From assembly GCA_031416315.1 (NCBI GenBank), contig JANOTL010000160.1, positions 1-56,237 of the forward strand: DNA of 56,237 bases, given 5' to 3'. Shown here piece by piece: positions 1 through 8,434 of the stretch; position 1 is the first letter of the stretch, and the number at the start of each line of letters is the position of its first letter. A program made the position numbers and the translations under genes. A model generated the notes under the pieces. That model did no database searches, was not told the DNA's origin, and saw only the letters and a list, made by a program, of their open reading frames with translations. Source of the DNA: Pseudomonadota bacterium. Lineage in GTDB: Bacteria; Bdellovibrionota_B; Oligoflexia; Oligoflexales; CAIYRB01.

Positions 1-84
1 GTCTGCATGATCAAGCGATCGGGAAATTGCCGGGGAATCCGGCGAGAGCGAGGGTCGCGTGACGGACGCTATGGGTAGCGCCGC

Positions 85-112
85 GAGATCCCTCGCTCCG
101 CTCGGGATAGAC
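85..112. repeat. REP-like short palindromic element (GAGATCCCTCGCTCCGCTCGGGATAGAC)
   Basis: Imperfect inverted repeat. Its reverse complement GTCTATCCCGAGCGGAGCGAGGGATCTC resembles, from memory, the GTCATCCCGAGCGAAGCGAGGGATCT type of intergenic REP-like repeat. Only one copy is seen in the window. Confidence 0.4.
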
Positions 113-137
113 CCTGGCGCTTTCGCGCCAGGGTCTA
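108..137 (-). terminator. Perfect 13-bp hairpin just after the stop of the minus-strand operon; terminator or 3' stability hairpin
   Basis: TAGACCCTGGCGC-TTTC-GCGCCAGGGTCTA, with a GAAA tetraloop on the minus strand, beginning 1 nt after the TAG at 139-141. There is no U-tract. Confidence 0.5.
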
Positions 138-138
138 A

Positions 139-810
139 CTAACGGTCGGCGCTCCAAAGCGTGGCCTTCTGCACCACCTTCCAGGACGCGCCGGCTTTTT
201 TCCCGAATAGCAAAATGCCGTTACCGGCGAGGTCGCCGGTTGCGGCCGTCATGTAAAGCACGGCGTTTTTCCGCGCGGTGTCCAAGCCGGGACGCGACAA
301 GGTGACTAAAGCATGCGCCTTCGGGTACGCCTTGAAGAAGCGGTCGAAGCCGTCCTCGTCGCCGCGCATCATCTTCTCCAGCGTCTTGACCGGCACGAAG
401 CTCAGCGGCGCCTTCGCGGTCTCGTCCTCCACCGTCACCGGGCGATAGAGGAGGCCTGCCTTGTTCGCTTTGACGAAGGCGTCGACGAGGCCCGCCGTCA
501 CGGCCGGCAGGACCTGCTGCATCGCCTTCAGATCCTGGGGAAAGGAGATCGACGGCTTTTTCGTCACCGGGACCGACAGGTCGCGCACGACGAGGAGCGT
601 CCGCCCTTTCGCCGGCTTCTTCTTGGCGAACTCCGAGGCGAAGTAGTCCCGCACCAAGGCCAAGGCGACTTCGGCCTCGTTGACGGGCACGCTCACCTCG
701 CCGGTGTTCGCGTCTTTGACCGGCTCCCAGCCTTCGGCGGGGGGCTCGTGGGCACAGGCGGGGGCGAAGACGAAAACGAAAACGAGCGCGAGCGCGAGCG
801 CGGGGTTCAG
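139..810 (-). CDS. Exported protein or probable lipoprotein of unknown function (about 223 aa; start uncertain, possibly CTG)
   Basis: 3' part of ORF 139..1791. The hydrophobic stretch ALALALVFVFVFAPAC is followed by a normal globular sequence. The upstream part of the ORF is only an out-of-frame overlap with the MFS-hydrolase gene. Confidence 0.65.
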   Translation of the reverse strand: MNPALALALVFVFVFAPACAHEPPAEGWEPVKDANTGEVSVPVNEAEVALALVRDYFASEFAKKKPAKGRTLLVVRDLSVPVTKKPSISFPQDLKAMQQVLPAVTAGLVDAFVKANKAGLLYRPVTVEDETAKAPLSFVPVKTLEKMMRGDEDGFDRFFKAYPKAHALVTLSRPGLDTARKNAVLYMTAATGDLAGNGILLFGKKAGASWKVVQKATLWSADR

Positions 811-3119
811 GCCGCTGAGTCGGCCGTGGTTTTGCGCGAGGTTTCCTGCGTCTCTTGCGATGTGAGCCAGTTCTCCAGGGCGATGACGGTCTTTTCCCGC
901 ACGTTCGAGTAGAAGCAGTTTGCCCCGGCGACGACCTCGAGCGCAATGTTCGGGCGGTCGTCCGCGAGCAGGCGGAGGTCCTTGGTCAGGCCGCGCGCGA
1001 CCACGAGGCCGCGCTCTTCGAGCGAGCCCATCATGAAGAGCGCGGGACACTGGATCTTCCGGGCGAAGGCCAGGACGTTGTAGCGCTCTTCCGGGCCGTA
1101 CTTGTCGTAGTACGTCTGGGCGCTGGTCAAATCCGGGGCAGGGTAGCTCGCCTCGAAGTAGGCGAGAGGCTTTCCAGCCTTCAGGAGCTTCTGCGCCTCG
1201 GCGAAGTCGCGGGCGAAAAGGCCTTCGGGATCGTTCTCGAGGAAAAAGGCGTGCGAGAGGCGCGGCGGCGACAGCGCGACGATCCGCTGCACGATCTTGG
1301 CGTCTTCGCCCTCCGCGCCGTAGTATAGCGCCTTGACCGCGCCGAGACGATGCCCGACGAGGGTGACTCGGCCGTAGCCCTGGCGCCTGAGCCAAGCGAT
1401 CCAGGTGTCGATCTCGCCGAGGCAGTCGTGCACGATCTCGTAGACCGTGCCGTGGCGCTCGGCGCCTTTGTGGACGTTGTAGTAGTTGACGACGCCCTTT
1501 CCCGAGGTGTTGATGCGCAACACCGCGCGGCCTTGCTCGAGGAAGAGATTCTGCACGGTCTCCAGGATCGAAGGCGAGGTGAAGTCGTCGCCGTCGGCGT
1601 GAATCATGAGCACGATCTCGCTCGGGTGTGCGGCCTGCGTCGCGCTCGATACGCTTTGTTGACCGGCCGCGTCGACGACGCCGAGCTGCGGCCGCGCGGC
1701 GTTGGCCGGCTTGTGGAGCGCGCCGTCGAGGCGGATCCCGGTCACGGTCTTCACATAGACCAGGCTCACGCGCGAGGTCGACTCCGTCCACTGGCCCTCC
1801 GATCGGTCGGAGCGGCGGCGGCTGCGGAAATCGTCTTTACGCCGCTTCAGGTTCTGCGAGTCCCCCGAGGCGCGCTCGCGCCAGGCGAAGAGGCCGGCCG
1901 AGCCCGCGATCACCGCGGCCGAGATCGCGATCGTCTTTTCGTAGCCGAAGGCGACCGAGGTGACGCCGAGGAGGCTCGCGCCGAGGAAAAAGCCGAGATC
2001 GTAGGCCAAATGCACGTGGTTCGTGGCGGCGCCTTTCACCGTGCGGGCGTCCGCGTTCTCCGCCAGACCGACGAGCGCCGGGCCGACCATGGCGCGCGCG
2101 ATGCCGCAAAAGACCGCCGGGAAGACCAGGTGCCAAGCCTCGGTCGAGTTCAGAAAGAACAGGATCCCGAAGACGTAGGCGAAGGAGCCGAGGAGGGCGA
2201 CGCGGTATTGGCCGATCATGCGACCCCATTCCTTCGTCGCATAGCCGATCAGGAAGGCGGAGGCGCAATAGGCGAAGAAGAAGTACAGGTAGCCGCCGCC
2301 GAGCTCCTTCACCGCGAGGTAGCGCGTCAGATAGACGCCGAGGAAAGTGAACGCGAAGCCGGTCGCCAAAGACAGGAGGAGGAGGCTCCAGCGCTTAGCC
2401 GGCGCGGCGGGCAGCGTGCGTTGCGCCGTCTCAACGTTCTGCGGCTGCGGCGCTCGATCCGGGAGGGCCTCGAACGCGAGCGGCGTGTCGCGGCGGCGAA
2501 TGACCAGGACCGAAAGGAGGCCGACGGCGCCGAACAGCGTGGCGAGGCCGAAGAGCACGGGAAAACGCCAGACGCCCTTGCCGCAGACGAGGAAGACGAG
2601 CTCGCTCAAGGCGGCGCCGGCCATCATGCCGAGGAAGACGCCGCCGGAGGCGAAGCCGACCGCCTCGGCGCGGCGCTCGGCGGCCGTCGTCTTCTGCACG
2701 AAAACCAGCGGGAGGGTGAGGCCGCCGGCGGCGCCGGAAGCATACAGAACGCGGCCGAGGAAGAGCCAGGGCGAGATGCCTTCGCGCTGCGACCAAGAGA
2801 CGGCGGCGACGATCAAGGCGCCGAGCATCATGCTGGAGATCGAGGCCATCCAGGCTAGGTGCAGGCCGAAGCGGCTCGTGCTGCGGTTGAGGCTCGCGCG
2901 CGCGCCGAGGCCGACGAGGCTGCCGATCGCGACGACGAGCCCAAGCATGCGGTCGCTGCCGCCTAGGTGGTTCACCAGGTCGCCGAAGCGGTAGAAGAGG
3001 GCGATCTGCGCCATCACCAGGAAATTGGCGACGTAGGCTAGCCAGAAGTCGACGGTCTTGAAACCTTCGGCCGGCGCGGGCTTGGGGGTCTGCGAATTTT
3101 CGGGAGAAGTCGCGGTCAT
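807..3119 (-). CDS. MFS transporter fused to a C-terminal alpha/beta-hydrolase-fold domain with substituted catalytic residues
   Basis: The N-terminal ~410 aa have about 12 hydrophobic segments and MFS-like motifs (LFLGRVLYASG, ERRAEAVG, AYDLGFFLG). The C-terminal ~330 aa have hydrolase-fold motifs (LMIHADG, VLRINTSGKG, LVGHRLGA, IVALSPP, VVAGANCFY). Confidence 0.8.
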   Translation of the reverse strand: MTATSPENSQTPKPAPAEGFKTVDFWLAYVANFLVMAQIALFYRFGDLVNHLGGSDRMLGLVVAIGSLVGLGARASLNRSTSRFGLHLAWMASISSMMLGALIVAAVSWSQREGISPWLFLGRVLYASGAAGGLTLPLVFVQKTTAAERRAEAVGFASGGVFLGMMAGAALSELVFLVCGKGVWRFPVLFGLATLFGAVGLLSVLVIRRRDTPLAFEALPDRAPQPQNVETAQRTLPAAPAKRWSLLLLSLATGFAFTFLGVYLTRYLAVKELGGGYLYFFFAYCASAFLIGYATKEWGRMIGQYRVALLGSFAYVFGILFFLNSTEAWHLVFPAVFCGIARAMVGPALVGLAENADARTVKGAATNHVHLAYDLGFFLGASLLGVTSVAFGYEKTIAISAAVIAGSAGLFAWRERASGDSQNLKRRKDDFRSRRRSDRSEGQWTESTSRVSLVYVKTVTGIRLDGALHKPANAARPQLGVVDAAGQQSVSSATQAAHPSEIVLMIHADGDDFTSPSILETVQNLFLEQGRAVLRINTSGKGVVNYYNVHKGAERHGTVYEIVHDCLGEIDTWIAWLRRQGYGRVTLVGHRLGAVKALYYGAEGEDAKIVQRIVALSPPRLSHAFFLENDPEGLFARDFAEAQKLLKAGKPLAYFEASYPAPDLTSAQTYYDKYGPEERYNVLAFARKIQCPALFMMGSLEERGLVVARGLTKDLRLLADDRPNIALEVVAGANCFYSNVREKTVIALENWLTSQETQETSRKTTADSAA

Positions 3120-3188
3120 GTGCGGGTCTGATCGGCCGGATGACCAGGCTTCGGAAGGTGGTCCACGGGCGGCGATCTTGGCTAAACG

Positions 3189-3785
3189 CTAATTGGCGAG
3201 GCCTTCGATCAAGATCTCGGCGAGTTCACTCGTGCGGGCTTTGTCCCCCCAGAAGCTCTGCTTCAGCTCGCCGGAGGCGCTCTTGAGCATGACCGAGGTC
3301 GATATTTGCAAGAGGACCTCGCGCAGGAGCCCCTTCTGATCCTTGCGCAGGCGCCCTTCTCGCATGATGAACTCCTCGACGATGCCCAACACCGGCAGGC
3401 CCTGCTCCTGGATGATGCGGCAGCCTGGGCCGTGCTCGTCGATCACCTCGCGGATCATCAGCTTCGCCAAGTGCGGGTTCTCGTCGAGGTGCGTGAGGAA
3501 GCCGCGGACCATGCGGCGCACGCGCCGTTTGAAGTCGCCGCCGCCGAGCATGCCGGAGACGAGCTTGGTCGAGAGCCGCGTGAACGCGTCCTGGACGACG
3601 GCGTCGTAAAGCGCCTCTTTCGTGTCGAAGTAGTAGAGGAGGGTCGTGCGCGTGACGCCGACGCTCTTCGCCACGTCGGCGAGGGAGGTGCTCTCGTAGC
3701 CGAAGCGACCGAATTGCTCGAGGGCTTTGCCGCGGATCGCCGAGGCCGTGTCGACCCTGCCGCTGCCTTTACGAGGGCGGGCCAT
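3189..3785 (-). CDS. TetR/AcrR family transcriptional regulator
   Basis: N-terminal HTH ALEQFGRFGYESTSLADVAKSVGVTRTTLLYYFDTKEALY; 198 aa; start overlaps the end of oleD. Confidence 0.92.
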   Translation of the reverse strand: MARPRKGSGRVDTASAIRGKALEQFGRFGYESTSLADVAKSVGVTRTTLLYYFDTKEALYDAVVQDAFTRLSTKLVSGMLGGGDFKRRVRRMVRGFLTHLDENPHLAKLMIREVIDEHGPGCRIIQEQGLPVLGIVEEFIMREGRLRKDQKGLLREVLLQISTSVMLKSASGELKQSFWGDKARTSELAEILIEGLAN

Positions 3786-4800
3786 CTTGCCCCCTGAAAT
3801 GCGCGGTGAGACGCGCGAAGCCTTCTTGCATCGGCACGGACGGCCGGTAGCCGAGGACGAGGCGTGCGGCGTCGGTACGGTACCAGTGCGAGGTCGCTAG
3901 CTGCCGGGCGACGAAGCGCGTCATGGCGGGCTCGTCCTTGCGGCGCAGGACGCCGTGCACGCCCTCCAGAATGGCGCCCGCCAGATAAGCCGCCGTCGCC
4001 GGGACGCGGCGCGTGACCGCGGCGACCCCGGCTGCAGTGAGGATCGCGTTCATGATCTTCTCCAGCGGCCAGGGCTCCTCGTTGGTGACGAAGTAAGCGC
4101 GACCGCCGACGCACTTCGGCCGCAGCGCCAAGGCCTGCAAAGCCGCGAGATGCGCGTCCGCCGCGTTGTCGATGTAGACGGCGTCGACCAGCTTTTCGCC
4201 GCGGCCGACGAAGCGGAGCTTGCCGGCGCGCGCCAGCGCGACGACCCGCGGCACGAGATGCGGATCGCCTGGACCCCAGATCAGGTGCGGGCGCAGCGCG
4301 ATCACCGAAAGCTCCGCGCCGTGCGCGGCGAGGGCGCGGCGTTCGGCCTCGGCCTTGGTGGCGGGATAAGCGGCGAGAAAATGGCTCGGGTAGGGGACGC
4401 GCTCGTCGACGCCCTCCTGATCCGTGCCGTCGAAGGTCACGCTCGGGCTCGAGGTATAGACGAGGTAACGCACGCGCTCGGCCGCACAGGCGTCGAGGAC
4501 GTTCTGCGTGCCCTGCACGTTGGCGCGAAAAAAGTCGGCGTAGGCGCCGTATACGCCGGCTTTCGCCGCGGTGTGGACGACGGCGTCGACGTTTTCGACG
4601 GCGCGGCGCACGGCGGTCCAGTCGGCTATGTCTCCTTGAAGCTGGCGCACGGCGGGATGGAGCGTCGCGTCCGCATGCCGGGCCAGACTGGTGACGACGA
4701 AGCCGCGCGTGACGAGACGCTCGGCGACGGCGCGCCCGAGGAAGCCGGTGCCCCCGGTGACCAGTACGTGCTCGAGTCCTCGTTGTGGCCTCAGTTCCAA
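3769..4800 (-). CDS. oleD: OleD, NAD(P)H-dependent 2-alkyl-3-oxoalkanoate reductase (3-beta-HSD-like extended SDR)
   Basis: Motifs VLVTGGTGFLG, HTAAKAG, YTSSPSV, YPATKA (YxxxK) and LRPHLIWGPGD. Probable TTG start at 4800 overlaps the oleC stop. Fourth gene of an oleABCD array. Confidence 0.88.
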   Translation of the reverse strand: MELRPQRGLEHVLVTGGTGFLGRAVAERLVTRGFVVTSLARHADATLHPAVRQLQGDIADWTAVRRAVENVDAVVHTAAKAGVYGAYADFFRANVQGTQNVLDACAAERVRYLVYTSSPSVTFDGTDQEGVDERVPYPSHFLAAYPATKAEAERRALAAHGAELSVIALRPHLIWGPGDPHLVPRVVALARAGKLRFVGRGEKLVDAVYIDNAADAHLAALQALALRPKCVGGRAYFVTNEEPWPLEKIMNAILTAAGVAAVTRRVPATAAYLAGAILEGVHGVLRRKDEPAMTRFVARQLATSHWYRTDAARLVLGYRPSVPMQEGFARLTAHFRGQDGPPS

Positions 4801-6413
4801 GAAACGCTCCGGGAAGTCTTGCGGTCGACGACCGCCTTCAGGCGCTCGCGAAAAATCTTGGCATTGTGGCGCGTGTCGACCGGCAACGCACGGAAAAAGC
4901 GAATTTCTCGCACCGAGGCCGTCAGCGGCGAGGCGCGGCCCAGGGTGAGAAGCTCGGCGGCCAGACGGGCGCGCGCGCCCGAGCTCAGGCGCTGCTCCGG
5001 CTCGACGCAGAGGACCGGGGTCATGGCGCCGGCGGTGCCGCGGCCGACGAGCGCGGTACGGTGGACGGCGGCGTGCCGGTTGAAGACGCCTTCGCAAGGA
5101 ATCGTATACAGCTCGCCGGCTTTGGTCGCGACGCGGTGGGTCTTGCGGCCGCAGAACCAGAGGCGACCGGAGGCGTCGAGGTAGCCTAAGTCGCCCATCC
5201 GGTGCCAAAGGCGACCGGTGGCGAGATCTTTGAGCTTCGCCGCGGCGTCGGCCTCCGGCCGGTGGAAGTAACGCTCGGTTGTCTGCGGACCCGCGACGAG
5301 GATCTCGCCGATCGTGCCGGGCGCGGCATGAAGGGACGCATTCCAGAGGCCGGCCGGCGTATCGCAGATGCGCATGATGCGGACGTCGACGCCCGCGACG
5401 GGGCGCCCGACGCAGATGCCTTTGCCTTCGGCAGTAGCCTGAGCCGTCTCGCCGAGGACTTCCTTGTGACCGATCGTGGCGACCGGAAGAGCCTCGGTGG
5501 CGCCGTAGGGCGTGTGGATCTCTGCCTCGGGCGCGAGAAAGGGCGCGAGCGCCGCGAGAGTCTTCGCCGGCACGGGCGCGCCGGCGGAGATCACGCGCTT
5601 CAAGCTCGGGAGCGGCGTCGGCGCGCCTTCCGCCACACGGCGCAGAAGGGCCGGCGAGCCGAAGAGGTTCTGGACGCCGAACCGCCGCACGGGCCCGGTG
5701 ATTTCGCGCGGGTCGACTTTCGCCGGGCGGGTAAAATTCATCTTCGGGATGACGGCGCTCATGCCGAGCGCGGGGGCGAAGAGGGCGAAGAGCGGGAACG
5801 TGCACAGATCGATCTCTCCCGGCTCGATCGCGTAGGTCTCGCGAAGGAGCTCGATCTGCGCCAGGAAATGCGCGTGGCGGTAGACCGCGCCCTTTGGCGC
5901 GCCGGTCGACCCGCTCGTGAAGAGGATCGCTGCCGTGTCGGCCTCGGCTGGCGCGTGGCAGGTGTGGAGCGCCGTGCTCGCCAGGCGGCGAAGGCGCTCC
6001 GGCGTGATCGAGAATCGCAGACGCCCGCGCTCCCAGCCGAGAATGAGTCGCGCGAGCTGCGCCCTGCGGACGCCGATGAACGCGTGCGGAGCGGCCTCCG
6101 CGAGGCAACGCTTCAGACTGCGGAGGCCCATGCCGGGATCGATGAAGACGGGAACGACGCCGGCGCGAAAGAGGCCGAACGTCAGGGCGAAGAAGGCGAT
6201 CGAGGGCGGCACCATCACGGCGACGCGGTCGCCGGGCACGAGCCCGGCCGTAAGCGCCGCGGCCGCGTAATGCGCCGCTTCTTGCGCGAGCGTCGCGTAG
6301 GTGATCTCCCGGTAAGTGCGCGTTTCTGGGCCGCCGCGTCCCTTCGGCTCGCGCACGGCGATCTGCGCGGGGGCGAGCGCGGCGCGGCGGTCGAGGGTGG
6401 CGGCGACGTTCAT
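4791..6413 (-). CDS. oleC: OleC, AMP-dependent beta-lactone synthetase
   Basis: Adenylate-forming motifs FTSGSTGAPKG, PYGATE, HRMGDLG and FCGRK, plus the OleC-like C-terminus VDTRHNAKIFRE. ATG at 6413 overlaps the oleB stop (ATGA). Confidence 0.9.
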   Translation of the reverse strand: MNVAATLDRRAALAPAQIAVREPKGRGGPETRTYREITYATLAQEAAHYAAAALTAGLVPGDRVAVMVPPSIAFFALTFGLFRAGVVPVFIDPGMGLRSLKRCLAEAAPHAFIGVRRAQLARLILGWERGRLRFSITPERLRRLASTALHTCHAPAEADTAAILFTSGSTGAPKGAVYRHAHFLAQIELLRETYAIEPGEIDLCTFPLFALFAPALGMSAVIPKMNFTRPAKVDPREITGPVRRFGVQNLFGSPALLRRVAEGAPTPLPSLKRVISAGAPVPAKTLAALAPFLAPEAEIHTPYGATEALPVATIGHKEVLGETAQATAEGKGICVGRPVAGVDVRIMRICDTPAGLWNASLHAAPGTIGEILVAGPQTTERYFHRPEADAAAKLKDLATGRLWHRMGDLGYLDASGRLWFCGRKTHRVATKAGELYTIPCEGVFNRHAAVHRTALVGRGTAGAMTPVLCVEPEQRLSSGARARLAAELLTLGRASPLTASVREIRFFRALPVDTRHNAKIFRERLKAVVDRKTSRSVSWN

Positions 6414-7300
6414 TGCAAGAATTCCCGCACCAAGGCGAAGCTCTTCTCCGGCTCGTCCTCGAACAGGAGGTGGCCCGCATCCGCGAAGCGGTGGACGGTC
6501 GCGTGCGGCAGGCGCATGCGAAAGCCGTCGAGAAAGTGGTCGTCGAAGACGAAATCCCGGGCGCCCCAGAGGATCATCGTCGGGATGTGCGCCAGGCGCG
6601 GCAAGGCGCGCTCGACGGCGGCGACGGCCTCCCAGCTCGGATGCGAGGGGTCGAGCGGGATGTCCTCGACGAAGCGCAAGACGGCGAGGCGGTCGTGCCA
6701 ATTCGCGTATGGCGAAAGGTAGCCGCGCGCGACGGCCGGCGCGAGCCGACGCTCGGAGCAGGTCTTCACGGTGCCGAGGCTGAAGGCATTGAGGCCGCGC
6801 ACGAGGAAAGGGCCGGCAAAGGGGGTGCGCGCGAGCTTGAGCGCGAGCGGCAGCTTCTTCGCGCGGGGGAGCTGAAAGCCGCTGGTGTTGGTCAGGACGA
6901 GGCGCTTGACGCGCTCCGGATGGCGCGTGGCGTAGGCGAGTCCGATCATCCCGCCCCAGTCGTGGAGGACGAGGGTGACGTTCTTCGTCACGCCGAGCTG
7001 CTCGAGCAGGCGCTCGAGATCCTCGACGCGGCGCTCGAGCCGGTAGGAATAGAGGGCGTCGCTCGGGCGGTCGGAAAGGCCGCAGCCGACGTGATCGGGG
7101 ACGATGGCGCGGTAGCGGCCGCCAAGCGCCTGCACGAGGCCGCGGTAGTAGAAGGACCACGTCGGATTGCCGTGGACCATGACGACGGGCTCGCCGTCCT
7201 CCGGGCCTTCGTCGAGGTAGTGGCAGCGCACGCCGGAGAGATCGGCGTAGCGGCTTTGGAACGGATAGAGCGAGCGGACTTCGGGGCTCAAGGTCACCAT
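6410..7300 (-). CDS. oleB: OleB, beta-lactone decarboxylase (haloalkane dehalogenase-like alpha/beta hydrolase)
   Basis: Motifs HYLDEG, VHGNPTWSFYYR, LHDWGG (Asp nucleophile) and DAGHLLFED; located between oleA and oleC. Confidence 0.9.
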   Translation of the reverse strand: MVTLSPEVRSLYPFQSRYADLSGVRCHYLDEGPEDGEPVVMVHGNPTWSFYYRGLVQALGGRYRAIVPDHVGCGLSDRPSDALYSYRLERRVEDLERLLEQLGVTKNVTLVLHDWGGMIGLAYATRHPERVKRLVLTNTSGFQLPRAKKLPLALKLARTPFAGPFLVRGLNAFSLGTVKTCSERRLAPAVARGYLSPYANWHDRLAVLRFVEDIPLDPSHPSWEAVAAVERALPRLAHIPTMILWGARDFVFDDHFLDGFRMRLPHATVHRFADAGHLLFEDEPEKSFALVREFLQ

Positions 7301-8346
7301 GACATTCCGATCATCATGCAGTTGAGGCCGCTGCCGATGCCGAGGAGGCCGACGCGGTCTTTGGCTTTGAGGAGGCCGCGCTCCGCGGCGAGCGCCGCGG
7401 TGAGCGGCACGCTGACGCTGCCGACGTTGCCTAGGAACGGATAGGTCGCGAAATCCTGCTCCGGCGCGAGCGCGAGCGCGGCGTGCATCTCGCGGCGATG
7501 GGCGTGGCCGATCTGATGGGAAAAGACGCGCTCGATCTCCGGACCCTGCCAGCGCATGGTCTCGAGGAAGCGCCGCCAAGTGCGACGCCCGAGCTCCGTG
7601 CCGTGCTTCAGGACGGCGATGGCGTCGGTGCGCATGAACTGCTCGTAGCGCGCGGGCTGGGCCGGGCTTTCCACGCGACGGTGGCCCCAGCGGCAAAGCT
7701 CGTGTTGGCGCACGTCGTTCATCCAGGCGGCGCCGAGGAGCCGACGCGCGTCGGGATCGTCGCCGCGCGTGAGGAGGACGGCCGCGGCTCCCGACCCGCC
7801 GGTCAAGGTCGCGAGCGTCTCATTGAAGAGGACACGGTCATCGGCATGCATGAGAAGGCGCTCGCTCATCTCGTCGACGATTTCCCGTGCCGACTCGCAG
7901 GCGACGACGAGCGCGCTCTTAATGAGACCGAGCTCCAGCTTCGCCGCCAGATCCAGCATCGCGGTCAGCATGCCGAGGCAAGCGTTGCTCACGTCGTAAA
8001 CGAGAGTGTGCGGCCCGCAGCCGAGGCGCGCGGCGACGGCGGCGGCCGTGGCGGGCTCGGCTTGGTCGCGGCAGACGCCGGCGTAGACTACGCAGTCGAG
8101 AGTTTTCGGGTCGAAGGCGGCGGTCTCGAGGGCCCGGCGCGCGGCCGCGGCCGCTTTCACGTCGAGTACGGTCCCGCGCGGCCAAAAGCGGCGCTCGGCG
8201 ACGCCCGTGAGCTGCTCGACCTGACCCATCGGCACGCGCAGACGCTCATAAACCGGGGCCAGCCGCGCCTCGAGGGTGGCGGTGGCGACCGTCTCGAGCG
8301 GGAGCTCGTAGGCGATCGCGTCGACCTGTACGTGGGAGAAGCGCAT
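7294..8346 (-). CDS. oleA: OleA, thiolase-fold acyl-CoA:acyl-CoA alkyltransferase (head-to-head condensation)
   Basis: RDQAEPATA (Glu base), VSNACLG (Cys), ATLTGGSGA, SHQIG (His), GNVGSVSVP and LLGIGSGLNC. Confidence 0.9.
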   Translation of the reverse strand: MRFSHVQVDAIAYELPLETVATATLEARLAPVYERLRVPMGQVEQLTGVAERRFWPRGTVLDVKAAAAARRALETAAFDPKTLDCVVYAGVCRDQAEPATAAAVAARLGCGPHTLVYDVSNACLGMLTAMLDLAAKLELGLIKSALVVACESAREIVDEMSERLLMHADDRVLFNETLATLTGGSGAAAVLLTRGDDPDARRLLGAAWMNDVRQHELCRWGHRRVESPAQPARYEQFMRTDAIAVLKHGTELGRRTWRRFLETMRWQGPEIERVFSHQIGHAHRREMHAALALAPEQDFATYPFLGNVGSVSVPLTAALAAERGLLKAKDRVGLLGIGSGLNCMMIGMSW

Positions 8347-8434
8347 GCATCAGGTATAGAGCAGCTCGCCAAAAAGCGGTAGGCAATAATAGACTCACGA
8401 GTATATAAATTTCGGCGACCCACCGGGAAACACG
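8347..8434. promoter_or_regulatory. Divergent ole/pfa promoter region with a candidate operator palindrome at 8389-8406
   Basis: An 88-bp AT-richer gap between divergent oleA and pfaD. ATAGACTCACGAGTATAT matches its reverse complement at 14 of 18 positions. Confidence 0.55.

Noticed and set aside
811..1791. N-terminal ~330 aa of ORF 139..1791
   Set aside because: An Arg-rich alternative frame of the hydrolase domain; only the last ~223 codons look like real protein.
3769..7696. Long ORFs 3769..6480, 4791..7160 and 6410..7696 as OleC-D or OleB-C fusions
   Set aside because: Their N-terminal extensions are Arg/Pro-rich out-of-frame readings of the upstream gene. The real starts overlap the upstream stops.
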